From Octopus vulgaris (Eukaryota): DNA of 64,000 nt. Every line of letters begins with the position of its first letter. Positions within the stretch are counted from its first letter, which is position 1. This document shows positions 52,382 to 64,000 of this stretch, piece by piece. The position numbers and the translations under genes are program-made. Location: the NCBI GenBank assembly GCA_951406725.2, contig OX597822.1, positions 85,622,001 to 85,686,000 of the forward strand, read 5' to 3'. The notes beneath the pieces were generated by a model. The model saw nothing but the letters and a program-made list of their open reading frames with translations, searched no databases and was not told the origin of the DNA.

Positions 52382-55115
52382 ATCTGGAGAGTTGTCTCAG
52401 ACATAACAACCTCTCTTGTCTATAAAAGGATGTACCCAGTTTATGCTGCAAAGGTGTTGGTGAGTGGGAAAGCATCCAACCAAAAACATGCCAAAACACA
52501 AAAAGTGAGATGCTTCTTTGAGAGGAAGACAAGAACTCCAAACTGACTAAAATTGGGATGACCTATCTGAATCCTGCCATAATGAGAATGGACTCCAAAC
52601 GGTGGCAGCAGCAGCAGCACATCTGTTTGCTTATATTCCTTAGAGAGAGAGAAGAGGGGGAGATATATACGTAGAGAGAGAGGGGGATAGATAGATAGAT
52701 AGACAGACAGATAGACAGATAAATAAATAGACAGACAGATAGATAGACAGACAGACAGATAGGTAGACAGACAGACTGATAGATAGACAGACAGATAGAT
52801 AGACAGACAGATAGGTAGACAGACAGATAGATAGGTAGACAAATAGTTAGATAGATAGATAGATATTGGAGGATTTCCACTTCATAATTCATGTTCCTAT
52901 TATCAATAATCTGGAACTAAATTCCAACCATTGCATTCCAATTCTTTTGGAGACGACATTACACTTCAGCAGCACCAGAGATTATATTATAGCATTAGTT
53001 TCTGTTTCAATGAGAAGATTTCTCTTATTCACAGTCCAAAGACCATTTTGACATTCAACCTGACGGCTAGAGGAATCCAGGCTAAAGTTGACCTACAAAT
53101 TGACATTTTACTTGAAGAAAGACAAGAAAATATAATGGTTACTTAGAATTACAAATCCGTAAACATGCACAATCACACGTGTACAAGTGTGTGTGTGTGT
53201 ATGTGTATACAATGTATGTTTACATGTTTATATATAATATATATATATGTGTGTGTGTATATATAAATGTATATATGTGAATATATACATACTGAATGTG
53301 TGTGTGTGTTGTGCATATGCATTTCTAAATATATAAATGTTTCTTCATGTGTGTATATATTTGAAAATATATGTGTGTATGAGTAAATGATACAAATGTA
53401 TATGCATAAGTGTATGTGTTATGCATATATTTTGTGTTAAGCCTAGAAGCAGTGCACATTAGCAGAATTTCCAATTCAAGTTGAATGGAACGAACCACTC
53501 TGAATTCTTGTCATAGCATCCATGTAGATGGAATTAGGAATGGTGAGCTTGCACTGGCAAGGAGTTGTATAATGTTATAATAAAGAATTGAAACCAAGTA
53601 GTGATATTTTGAATGCATTTAATACGCGTGTTTCAGGTCATTGCTCAATAGATAAAAAGGGAATTTCATCTCTTACGCAAGATCTTTCTCAGTTAAAATA
53701 TATCAAAATATGAGCAAATTTGTGGAATTCACACTCTATATATAGTTGGGACAGTTTAAATTGCTTACTAGATAGGGAGAGGACATGGCTAGGAGGGGGA
53801 GAATATTTATAGGGAGGAAATAGAAGAGAGGAGAGTGAGGAGGAGGAAAAGAAGAGAAAAGGGCAGCTAAATAAAAGAATAAATAAATAAACAACTGTAG
53901 TAAAGAACTCATTACTGAAATGAATGAAAACAATAATAATAATAATAACAACCCATTCTACTGTTGGCACAAGGCCTGAAATTTGGGGGAGGGGGATAGT
54001 CAATTATATTGACACCAGTACTTGATTTATTGACCCCCAAAAGGATGAAAGGCAAAGTCGACCTCAGCAAAATTTGAACTCTAAATGTAAAGACATGAAA
54101 TACTGCTAAGCATTTTGACCAGCATGCTAACAATTCTGCCAGCCTTAATAATAATGATAATAATAATAATCCTTTCTACTAAAGGCGCAAGGCCTCAAAT
54201 TCGTGGGGAGGGGACTAGTCAATTACATAACCCCCAGTGTGCCACTGGTACTTAATCTATTGACCCCAAAAGGATGGAAGGCAAAGTCGACCTTGGCAGA
54301 AATTGAACTCAGAACCTAGCAACAGGCGAAATACTGCTAAGCATTTCATCCAGCACACTAACAATTCTACCAGCTCACTGCCTTAATATTAGTAATAATA
54401 ATAACAATAAATTTATATGTAAATAAACAAATGTATCAGAATAGTGTGAGCAAGAATGGTGGCGGGACATTGGTGAAGGTGGAGAATTATAGTGGCATAT
54501 AAGAATGGGAAAGGTAGATAGGAGGATGGGGAAGAATGGAAACCCATGACAGGGTGTGAGCCTCCAAGGTCATCGTGTATTTGACCTTGAATTCATAAAT
54601 GGTGTCCTGGCACCATAAATTATAATAAGAATATAAAAGAGAATAAGATGGAATAAAGCATAAAAGAATTATGAGTTTACCGATTTATTTATTGAGCTCT
54701 ACATATCAAACTGTTTAGGTATGGGACCTGAGTGTCACTACTTAGAAACACTCTTATATAAGGGACAGAGCAGTGTTTGTGACTCAGGCAGGTATTGCTC
54801 AGAATTTCGTTGCTATGTCATCACACATCCAACCAATCAGATGTCCAGGATGAGTGAAGTCTTGGTTGCATTTCGCTTGAGAGGCAGTTCCCTATTCGCT
54901 GCTGATGAGCTCACTTCTCATTGGATGTGTCAGATCATGTGAAGAAAGATAACTGCTCATAAGTTGATGGAGGGCGTTAGTTTGTGAAGTGGTTAGTATT
55001 TTGCAAGGGAAGCAACTTATTGAAGAGTTAATTTTATTTATACCTATCTGTCTGTTTGTCTGCCTATATAAGTGCTTTATGGATGCAAAACCATTGGTCA
55101 GTCTATGACCAGGCA

Positions 55116-55149
<34 letters not shown>

Positions 55150-55573
55150 CACACACATACAGTAAAATCTGCAGATGAAAAATTCTTTAGTTCAGTGAAT
55201 CAATCCCTGGACTTAATTTTTTTTTAAACCTTGCTCTTATTCTATTTTACTGAACTGTTAAGTTACAGGGATGTAAACACACCAATACCAGTTGTCAAAC
55301 AACGGTGGGGTACACACACACACACATGCACATATATGTGAGGCTATAGTAGAAGACACTTGACTAAGGTACCACACAGTGGGACTGAACCCAGAATCAT
55401 GTGGTTGGGAAACAAACTTCTTACCACAGACACAATATATTTTTCAATCCAAGTCCTCCATTAGTAGAAAAAGTACAATTAGTAGAATTATTTGCACTAA
55501 TCATATTCCACCAGTATCTCTGTTCTGTAAGTTCTCAACTCCATTTCCAGGTATCATTCCGTTCCCCTTAAAG

Positions 55574-55729
55574 ATGACCGAGTGTGCTAGTTATGTATTT
55601 GTTGCACAACCCCCAGTTACTGAAACGGGCAAAATTATTTTTGGAAAAAACTCTAATCGTCCTGAACATGAAGTACAAGAAGTCATCTATGTTCCAGCCA
55701 AAGAACATAAGACAGGAGAGAAACTGAGG
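55574..55729 (+). CDS. SCRN: Secernin (peptidase C69 / Ntn-hydrolase fold), coding exon 1
   Basis: MTECASYVFVAQPPVTETGKIIFGKNSNRPEHEVQEVIYVPAKEHKTGEKLR matches the secernin N-terminus (FVAxPP...IFGKNSxRPxxEVQEV). Acceptor ttccag| at 55550, donor agg|gtaagt, phase 0. Confidence 0.93.
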
Positions 55730-55827
55730 GTAAGTCAAAGAAAAATGGTTTCTGTCTCTGGGTTTTACTCTGTGTGTGTGTGTGTGTGTGTGTGCGTGCA
55801 TATAGGTTTGTGTGTTTGTATGTATAT

Positions 55828-56775
55828 ATTGGTGAGAGCTGTATGAGTCATGTACAAGGATGCTGTCAGCAGGGTGAAAGTTGGCAACAAGTATAGTAGT
55901 GAATTCAGGGTAGGAGTTCACCAAGGATCGGTTCTCAGCCCCATCTTGTTCATCATAGTTCTCCAGGCTATAGCAGAGGAATTTAAGATGGGCTGCCCTT
56001 GGGAACTCCTCTGTGCTGATGACCTTGTTCTTATAGATGAATCACTACCAGAACTAGAGAAGAAATTTCAGGTGTGGAAGCAAGGTCTGGAATGAAAGGG
56101 ATTTAGGGTTAATTTAGCAAAGACCAAAGTCTTAGTAAATAAGAAAACAGACAAATCCCAAATCCCATCAGATAGATGGCCTTGCTTGACATGTAAAAAA
56201 GGTGTAGGTAGGAAACTCGATAAGGTGTACCTGGTACAAACTTTAGACACCTAAGCGGTACAGCAATATCAGAGGAAGGTTAACAAAGTAGTCTTTGTGT
56301 GTGGCAGGTAAATAGGTACAATAAACACTAAAAATGAAAATAGATTTTGTCAAATACCCAGAGGGATACTAAGAAGTAGTAAATAGCTTCAGTTACTTAA
56401 GTGGTCAAGTCAGCAGTGGAGGGGGATGCTCTGAGAGTGTAGCTATGAGAATAAGAATAGGCTGGGCAAAGTTCAGAGAGCTTTTGGTCCTACCTTTGTT
56501 GGTAACAAAGGATGTCTCCCTCAGAGTGAAAGCCAGATTGTATGATGAGTGTGGACAGCCATACTACATGGCAGTGAAATATGGACTGTGACTGCAGAGG
56601 ACATGCAAAGGCTTGAAAGAAATGAAGGTAGCATGCACTGCTGGATGTGCAATGTCAGTGTGCATGTCTGACAGCGTCTTTAGAGAAAAATTGTGAATAA
56701 GAAGCATCAGATGTGGTGTGCAAGAGAGATGACTGTGCTAGTATGGTCATGGGATGCATATGGCCGAGGACACTG
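55828..56775 (+). mobile_element. RTE LINE reverse transcriptase fragment (in secernin intron)
   Basis: MYKDAVSRVKVG, GVHQGSVLSPILFIIVL, PWELLCADDLVL, GFRVNLAKTKVL, RIRIGWAKFREL and LHGSEIW, with many lesions. Confidence 0.9.
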
Positions 56776-57699
56776 TAGGCATCAGGAACATTTGTTGGGG
56801 TTTTTTTTTCAGAGTTTGTCATGTTTAACTAAGTGAGTCATTCTAGTCTGTTGGGGTCCATATTTACAATTATGAGGCACAGAAAGTGCATTGATCATAG
56901 ACAAAACACAGTACTTGACACAGAAATCAAATTGCTGACTTAGGTGGTCTTACTGATTCAATGTGTCTAAGCCTCTCTGTATTATAATAATCTGCTATTT
57001 CAATATATTATCTCCCTACTTGACTGGATCACTTCAACTCGTGTGGAGTGTTCACTGGGTCATATCACAGAATAAATAGGGAGTCTTTTAAAATAGTTTG
57101 CTTCTTTTCCTTGAGACTGTTGAAGGGAAGAAAATAATACAATCCAAATTTTTTATTTGTCAAATGAATACTTTCAAAATGTAAAGGTAAAAAGTTATCT
57201 AAAAAAACCATTGATGAGGTCTAGCTGTCAGTATATCCATCCATCCATCCATTTTCTCTGCCAACTATTCCTGGGAGAGTTGTGGAGTTTTCGGGCACCT
57301 CCTCCATAGGATTCTATCAGAAGCAACGGTCACTACATTTCCTGGCTGGACTCCCAAATGTGACCAACTAACACAAATGGATGCTGTCCAGCCATCTCAT
57401 TTTTGGTCCAACCTTAGGACCCCTGCCAGTTGGCTCAGCATGAAGAATCTCTCTTACAGTCCTCTCCTGTGGCACTCTAACCACCATTAAAGCATCCACA
57501 CTACAAAGGCTTTCCTCCTTTCATTCGATATACAAACAAGTGTGGAATCTTAACTGGACTGTTGATGTTGAAGAGAATCTTCCTCTGTTGTTTCTTATGT
57601 ATGAAACCTGCTCCTAACCTGCAAAATATCAACTAATGAGAGGTTTCCTATGTCACCAATTCTCAAACTTATTTTTTGCAATTGAAATAAATATCAATG

Positions 57700-58077
57700 G
57701 AAATAGTAGTTGTGATACCTGTGCCGGTGGCACATAAAAAGCACCATCCGAATGTGGCTGATGCCAGTGCCGCCTCGACTGGCTTCTGTGCCAGTGGCAC
57801 GTAAAAAGCACCATCCGAACGTGGCCAATGCCAGTGGCACATTAAAAGCACCAACCGATCGTGGCCGCTGCCAGACTTCCCTGGCACCTGTGCCGGTGGC
57901 ACGTGAAAGCACCAACTACACTCGCAGAGTGGTTAGCGTTAGGAAGGGCATCCAGCTGTAGAAACACTGCCAGATCAGACTGGAGCCTGGCACAGCCTCC
58001 TGGCTTCCCAGACCCCGGTCGAACCGTCCAACCCGTGCTAGCGCAGAAAACGGATGTTAAACGATGATGATGATGAT
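57700..58077 (+). mobile_element. SINE-like family D with an RTE-type 3' tail and internal tandem units
   Basis: Repeated tgccagtggcacgtaaaaagcacc units, then ggttggcgttaggaagggcatccagctgtagaaac...gttaaacgatgatgatg. Copies at 47984-48180(-), 50045-50288(+), 60495-60782(+) and 61287-61598(+). Confidence 0.8.
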
Positions 58078-59371
58078 TGCTTCCTTTTTTTTTTTTACTA
58101 AGACTTTTCAACCTCTCGTAAGATTCATATCCCTTTCGTCCATTGATGGATGAGAAATCAAATAATTGAATTTTGTTTATCAGACTGGTATGAAGTATTT
58201 TTATTTCATCTTGAAAACACTCAAGGATATTCTTTATTAGAGAGAAGTCAATAGAAACAACCCAAGTGTATCACTGGTACTTGTTTTATGAATCCTGAAA
58301 GAGAGGAAAAATGTTTTGCATTATTTATATTCTGAGTTGAAATCTTTACCAAAGTAGATTTTGTCTTCCATTTTCTCAAGACTTGATAAAAAAACTCCTA
58401 TCAAATACTGGGGTTTGTTTATTCAACCGTAGCCCTTCAGGGTCTGTGTTAGAAAGCATAAATCTAAAGGATTGAATTATATCGACTGTAACATTGTTTG
58501 GATTCCAAATTTAGAACAACAGACCAAGACATTGTCAGACTTTCAGTGAGGCCAGGCATCTAACAGCTCTCTCTCTCTCAGATACAGAAAGTATTATGTA
58601 CAACTATGGTATATGTGTGTGTGTATTGTATGTCTTTGTGTGTGTGTATTGTGTGTATCTTTGTGTGTCTGTGAAGGTGCAGCCACAGCTAAGCGGTGAA
58701 GAAGCTTGCTTGAACCCTTTCTACTAATCCGATTCCTCTCTCTCACATCCAAAGCTTATTTATTGATATTCTTTTCTAGTCTTCATACATTTTCATAGCT
58801 TCAAGATTTCAATGACGTGATCGCTTAGTTTTAGAATGACATTGTAGGATAGGTGGGAGAGGTCTGATCTGGCCAGTTTGAACATAAAACAGAATCTTTG
58901 GGCCAGATACAGCTAGTTTAAATGATAAAGGGTCCTAAGACCTTGGGTTTGATCCTGCTTGTGCCTCAGAAAAACATCTTTCATAGCCTCAGGTCAATCA
59001 TAAAGTTTGTGAGTAAAATTGGGTCTAAATGGAAACTGTGTGGAAGCCTGTTGGATGGAGTGTATCTGTATGTGAAGAAGCCAGCCTTCTCAAATACAGA
59101 CACAGTGGGTCATGCTGAGACTGACCGAGGGCTACATGAAGAGTACCAGTATTAGTTGAATATTCTGGCACACAAGAATTCAGTAAGGCAGTCGTTTAAA
59201 GTAAGATTAAAAACTGGAATCTCTGTTTTTGAAACCGATGGCGTAACCATTTACTTTGTGTGTGTGTTACCATTTATTTGTGAGTGACAGAGAATTGTTT
59301 TTATGTATCTGTTAAATCCCCATCACACATCCCACAGAATCTTGTAATTTTGCTCTCAACTTTACTTTTAG

Positions 59372-59559
59372 TGCAGTCTTATAGAGATTGATCAGTCCTC
59401 CCACACAAATGGTGTGGTACTAAGCAAAGCAGCATGGATGTGGGGGGCTGAGATGGGAGCTAATGAATATGGAGTATGTATTGGCAGTTCCATGGTCTAC
59501 AGCAGACTGGAAGAGAAACTGGGGGAAGAGGAAAAGTTGCTGGCAGCTGATTTACTCAG
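59372..59559 (+). CDS. SCRN: Secernin coding exon 2
   Basis: ttttag|[63 protein letters not shown]|gtcagt. Contains the hallmark [16 protein letters not shown]. Phase 0 to 2. Confidence 0.96.
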
Positions 59560-59595
59560 GTCAGTTTTATCATTGTTGTATTCCTCTGTGTTATC

Positions 59596-59800
59596 ATCAG
59601 TGTCAGCAATTCTTGCTGTCTATGTCAGCAGTTGTTGCTGTCAGTGTCAGTAATTATTGCTGTTTGTGTCAGCAGTTGTTGCTGTTAGTGTCAGCAATTA
59701 TTGCTGTCAGTGTCAGCAGTTGTTGCTGTCAGTGTCAGCAATTATTGCTGTCAGTGTCAGCAGTTGTTGCTGTCAGTGTCAGCAATTATTGCTGTTAGTG
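59596..59800. repeat. 22-bp minisatellite, ~9 units, just inside the intron after coding exon 2
   Basis: Alternating units tcagtgtcagcagttgttgctg / tcagtgtcagcaattattgctg. Confidence 0.9.
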
Positions 59801-60139
59801 TCATGCCAACATTGACAGTATCCACTATCAACAGTTGTTGCTATCAATCTTAACATTGTTACCATTGCTTCTACCTCATTATCATTTTTATCCTCATCAT
59901 TATTCAATATTTTCTATCCTCTCTAATCCCATTATCATCATCTTCATTACCATCATGATCATATCCATCACATAATTAATAATCTTGGGAAAAGCACGAC
60001 GATCACCACCTCAGTTTTATCCTGTTTAAGAAAATATAAAAAATCTTTCTCCAAACAATCACCTTCAACCTCATTTTCATCTTTTTCTTCTTCTTTATCT
60101 TCTTTTTTGATGTTTAATGATTGATTTTGTCTCTCTTAG

Positions 60140-60354
60140 GTTGACATTAGAACGCAGCAAATGTTCTCGTGAAGCTGTCGATGTCCTTACATCTCTGCTG
60201 ACCACACATGGTCAAAGTGGCCCCTACAGTGAAATACCTACCTTCACACATTCCTGTAAACACTGCTATAGTTTCCTCATAACAGATGGTTCTGAAGTCT
60301 GGGTGGTTGAAACGGTCGGAAATGGTTCTTTCTGGGCAGCTGCAAAAGTCACAG
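60140..60354 (+). CDS. SCRN: Secernin coding exon 3
   Basis: ctcttag|(R)LTLERSKCSREAVDVLTSLLTTHGQSGPYSE...HCYSFLITDGSEVWVVETVGNGSFWAAAKVT|gtaaga. Matches LxLER..A.EA..V...LL...GQ.G and SFLI.D..E.WV.ET.G..WAA. Phase 2 to 1. Confidence 0.95.
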
Positions 60355-61043
60355 GTAAGATGATGTTCCAATCACCCAAACGCTGTTAATATATTCCAAA
60401 ACAGCATTATTAGAAATTTCATATTAAGCTTTAAATAAAAAGAAAATAGCTATTAGTGTTGTGATCATAGCAACTCCAGCCAAAGTTAGTGGTAACCCTG
60501 GCTGTGATGGTGCTATGTAAAATGCATCCAGTCCACTCTGTAAAGTGATTGGCATTTGGAAGGGTATCCAGCTGTAAAAACCATGCCAAAACTGACCTCA
60601 CCTGTGCTGGTGCCACATAAAAAGCATTCAGTCCACTCTGCTGGGTGGTTGCTGTTAGGAAGGGCATGCCAAAACAGACACTGAAGACCATGCCAAAACA
60701 GACACTGAAGCCTGGTGCAGTCTTCTATCTGGCCAGCTTCTGTCTAACTGATGTTAGCACAGAAAGCACATATCAAATGATATATATATGCCTGTGTGGA
60801 TTGTTTTCAAGTATTTTGATTTTTCTGGGAGTCCCTTTTTAAAGTAAAAGAAATAGCTAATGGTTTTTGGCTGCTATTTCTAAACTTTGGTATGTGGTAA
60901 AGCAAATCTTTGCTGAACCCTATTTATTAAGTATTACTTAAGTTTACCATGAAATGGTCCTTTTTTCATGCCGAATTCTACTTGGTGAAATTATTGATTA
61001 CTTCTTAATTAATTAATTTTACCCTTTGTTATTATATATATAT

Positions 61044-61983
61044 AATAAATTGAAAGGTATAATGAGAAATGCTGAAATTGGTAAAAACAACTTTATATCA
61101 TTCCCATATTATCATAAATCAAACATAAATATATATTAAAACAGGGCACCCAATGATAAAACCCAACAGTATAAAATATACAAATAAAGGTGTTAAAACC
61201 TAAAAGAGTAATACAAGTGAAGTTGAATGAAGAAAAATAAACGGATTAAATTAATGCATTTTAAAAGCAACTAAAAATTGAAGGCAATGGCACGTAAAAA
61301 TAACCATTGGAGCATGGTCATTGCCAAAGCCGACTGACTGGCCCTCATGCTGGTAGCACGTAAAAATAAACATTAGAGCATTGTCGTTGCCAGTGCTGCC
61401 TGACTGGCCCCCGTGCCAGTGGCACGTAAAAAGCGCCCACTACACTCTTGGAGTGGTTGGCATTAGGAAGGGCATCCAGCTGTAGAAACCTTGCCAGATC
61501 AGATTGGAGTCTGGTGCAACCTTCTGGCTCACCAGTCCTCAGTCAAATCGTCTAACCCATGCCAGCATGGAAAGCAGGCATTACACGATGATGATGATGA
61601 AAGGACAAAGCAATGACCAGAAAAAGAGTCCATTCCAAATTCATCTCCATCCAGAATACTGCCAAAATAATATATTTCAGCAATATTCTGAATAGAAATG
61701 GATTTCCTTTATTTATATATTTTAGTTTTAAATTTTTAGTTGCTTTTATTATGCATTAATTTATTCCATATATTTTCCTTCATTCAACTTCATTCTTATT
61801 AACCTTTTAAGTTTATCACCTTTTATTTATATATATATGTGTATATTTTATACTATTGGGTTTTACCATTGGATGCCCTGATGTTTTTAATATATACTTA
61901 TGTTCGATTTATGATAATATGGGAATGTTATAAAGTTATTTTGACCAATTACAGCGTTTATTCATTATACCTTTCAATTTATT
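61044..61983. repeat. Diverged ~240-bp inverted repeat (arms ~61044-61280 and ~61730-61983) in the intron after coding exon 3
   Basis: aataaattgaaaggtataatga...aaaagcaactaaaaatt pairs with aatttttagttgctttt...tcattatacctttcaatttatt. A family D SINE lies in the spacer. Confidence 0.85.
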
Positions 61984-62067
61984 TTTTCTTCCCTCTCAAT
62001 GTTACCTGAGCACTTCCATCTGCAGTCCTATTTTTATTTTTCGGTTTAGCAAAATTGTAAAATTATC

Positions 62068-62112
<45 letters not shown>

Positions 62113-62729
62113 CCACACACTCATATATATATATATATATATATATATACAGGAAATTAATTATTTGGCCAGTCATAGAGTGACTAATTGTTTTGCATCC
62201 ATAAAAAGCCTTATAGACAATTCCTTTTGTTGAATAACCAAGGTTGTAAAGTTCCATATTATCCAAGAGATGGTGGCTTTTGTGATCATGTAGATGCACA
62301 TAGTGGCAGTGCAGCTATCGGACACAAACCATGTGGTGGCCTTTGTAAGACACTCTGTGTCCAGGTCACATGGTGGATTGTCAGTGGATCATGTATCCGA
62401 CAAAGATATATGGTCCACTGACAATATATATATATATATACACACACACACCCTCTTATTTATAACTGAAATATTTACATAGTTTGGTAGATGGTAACTG
62501 TACTGAAGCTCATCTGATGTGTGTGTGTCAGTGTTTGAGTCTGTTTACACCAAATTATTTGTCTATTGAATAAAGTTAATCCATAGATATTAAATAATAT
62601 CAACAGAAAAAAAAAATAAAGACAATCAGCAAAATATCAATTTAATTTTATATCAAATTCTGTTGATAATATAATGAGTTTTTCTAGAAATGTCCAACAT
62701 TTAATTTTTTTCTCTTTTTACCATTTCAG

Positions 62730-62930
62730 CTGGATTGTATAGTATACACGGCCACCTCACCATCTCTGATAACTTCTCTCTCTCATCAGAGAATCTAATT
62801 GCTAAAGTCAGTGAAGCAGGACTTTATCAAGAATCTGATGGACCATTTAATTTTGCAAAAGTATTTACACCTGATAATGCACCTGCAATTGATGCAGAAA
62901 TTTCTAAAGCAGAGGAGCTGATCGTTGTAG
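62730..62930 (+). CDS. SCRN: Secernin coding exon 4 (gene continues beyond the window)
   Basis: tttcag|(A)GLYSIHGHLTISDNFSLSSENLIAKVSEAGLYQESDGPFNFAKVFTPDNAPAIDAEISKAEELIV|gtaaga. Matches the secernin G...I.N.L.I...L...A...G.....F.F..VF region. Phase 1 to 1. Confidence 0.85.
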
Positions 62931-63019
62931 GTAAGAAACTAATATTTATTTATTTATTAAATGGATGGTATTCTTCACAATTTCTACCTATTTCATATTT
63001 CCTACAAGATTCTATAAGT

Positions 63020-63835
63020 ATTAGGGGTACCGGAAAGTAATGTCATATTTTCAAGTAAACAGTCTGACATCATAACACAAATAGTTTACAAGCCAATCAA
63101 AGGTGTCCTAGTAATCAACCAATCAGCATAGAGTTTATAACCAAATGTCAATGTAGACACATGCTGTGTGTGTGTGTGTATGTTTTATATGAAACAAGCC
63201 ATGGAAGACAAAAACTGGTTCGTTGCATATTTGGTATTGCATGCTTTAAGGATTTCCTAAGGATAACAATGCAACGCATGCCAGGAAAAACATATGTTCC
63301 ATATATAACCTGACGGTGTGAGTTTTCAGAAATGCCAAAGGTGGTTTAATATATTTAAAAGAGAAAAAAAAACAGCGATTTTGATTTTTTGGATGAATAT
63401 CAATCAAGGAGATCAACTGTTCTCAATAATGACACATGAAAAGCAGCAATTGAAGAGGATCCAGGTCAAAGCATCGGGGAATTATTCCAGGGGTTTAATA
63501 GGTCTTGGTCCACTGTGCAAGATCATCTCAAGCAGATTTGAAAAAGTTTTTAGAGAACAGAAGTGGGTACCTCAGGGGCTGTCCCCTGAGAATGTAGCAG
63601 TGTGTTCAACAAGATAACCCAAGCTCTACCTCACCCCTCTCCAAACTTAGCACCATTAGGTTTTTACTTATTTCTGTCATTTAAATACTTTACCAGTAAA
63701 AAAAAAAAAAAGATATTCAGAAGCCAGGATGATATCGAAATGGCACTTCATATATTTGTCTCCCCTAAAGAATTTCTTCACTGTGAGAAATTCAATCACT
63801 GATAACTTGTCTGTGATGTGTGAAAATGTTATCAC
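63020..63835 (+). mobile_element. Decayed mariner element
   Basis: TIR-like taggggtaccggaaagtaatgtc, start MEDK, CQRWF, QKWVP and LPHPSPNLAPLGFYLFLSF. Confidence 0.75.
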
Positions 63836-64000
63836 TAACAAATAATAGCAACAGAGGCAGTATTAAGACCAAAAGGTGGAATTTATCTCCCACTTAATAC
63901 GGTCTCCACTTCAGGGGACTGCACCAAACTCTGCTGTCTGCGTTAGCATTGGTTCCTACACCTGAATGCCCTTCCGAAATTCCAAACACTTTACAGAGTG

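Overview
Repeat-dense animal genomic DNA. The SINE families, (CATA)n/(TA)n/(CA)n microsatellites and decayed LINE and DNA transposons look like an octopus (coleoid cephalopod) genome; this is inferred, not confirmed. One host gene is well supported: four phase-compatible + strand exons of a secernin (peptidase C69/Ntn-hydrolase) gene at 55574-62930. It continues beyond the window and appears to have lost the usual N-terminal Cys and the conserved Asn of the secernin NEA motif. The rest is mostly transposon debris: a Penelope-like GIY-YIG fragment, CR1/L2-like, RTE and R4-like LINE pieces, Tigger, mariner, DD37E Tc1 and hAT elements, a non-autonomous Helitron, and at least five short interspersed repeat families. 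The most unusual signal is a set of type-I hammerhead ribozyme motifs from several unrelated repeat families. One is fully canonical (16003-16071), one variant sits in both arms of a ~400-bp near-perfect inverted repeat, and two decayed ones define a ~420-bp retrozyme-like tandem unit. Also present are an orphan, structurally covaried 28S rRNA 3' fragment with a large insertion before the sarcin-ricin loop, a 300-bp foldback hairpin, and a visible CpG-decay boundary near 47.5 kb. Most ORFs in the supplied track are microsatellite artefacts. Repeat boundaries were estimated by eye.
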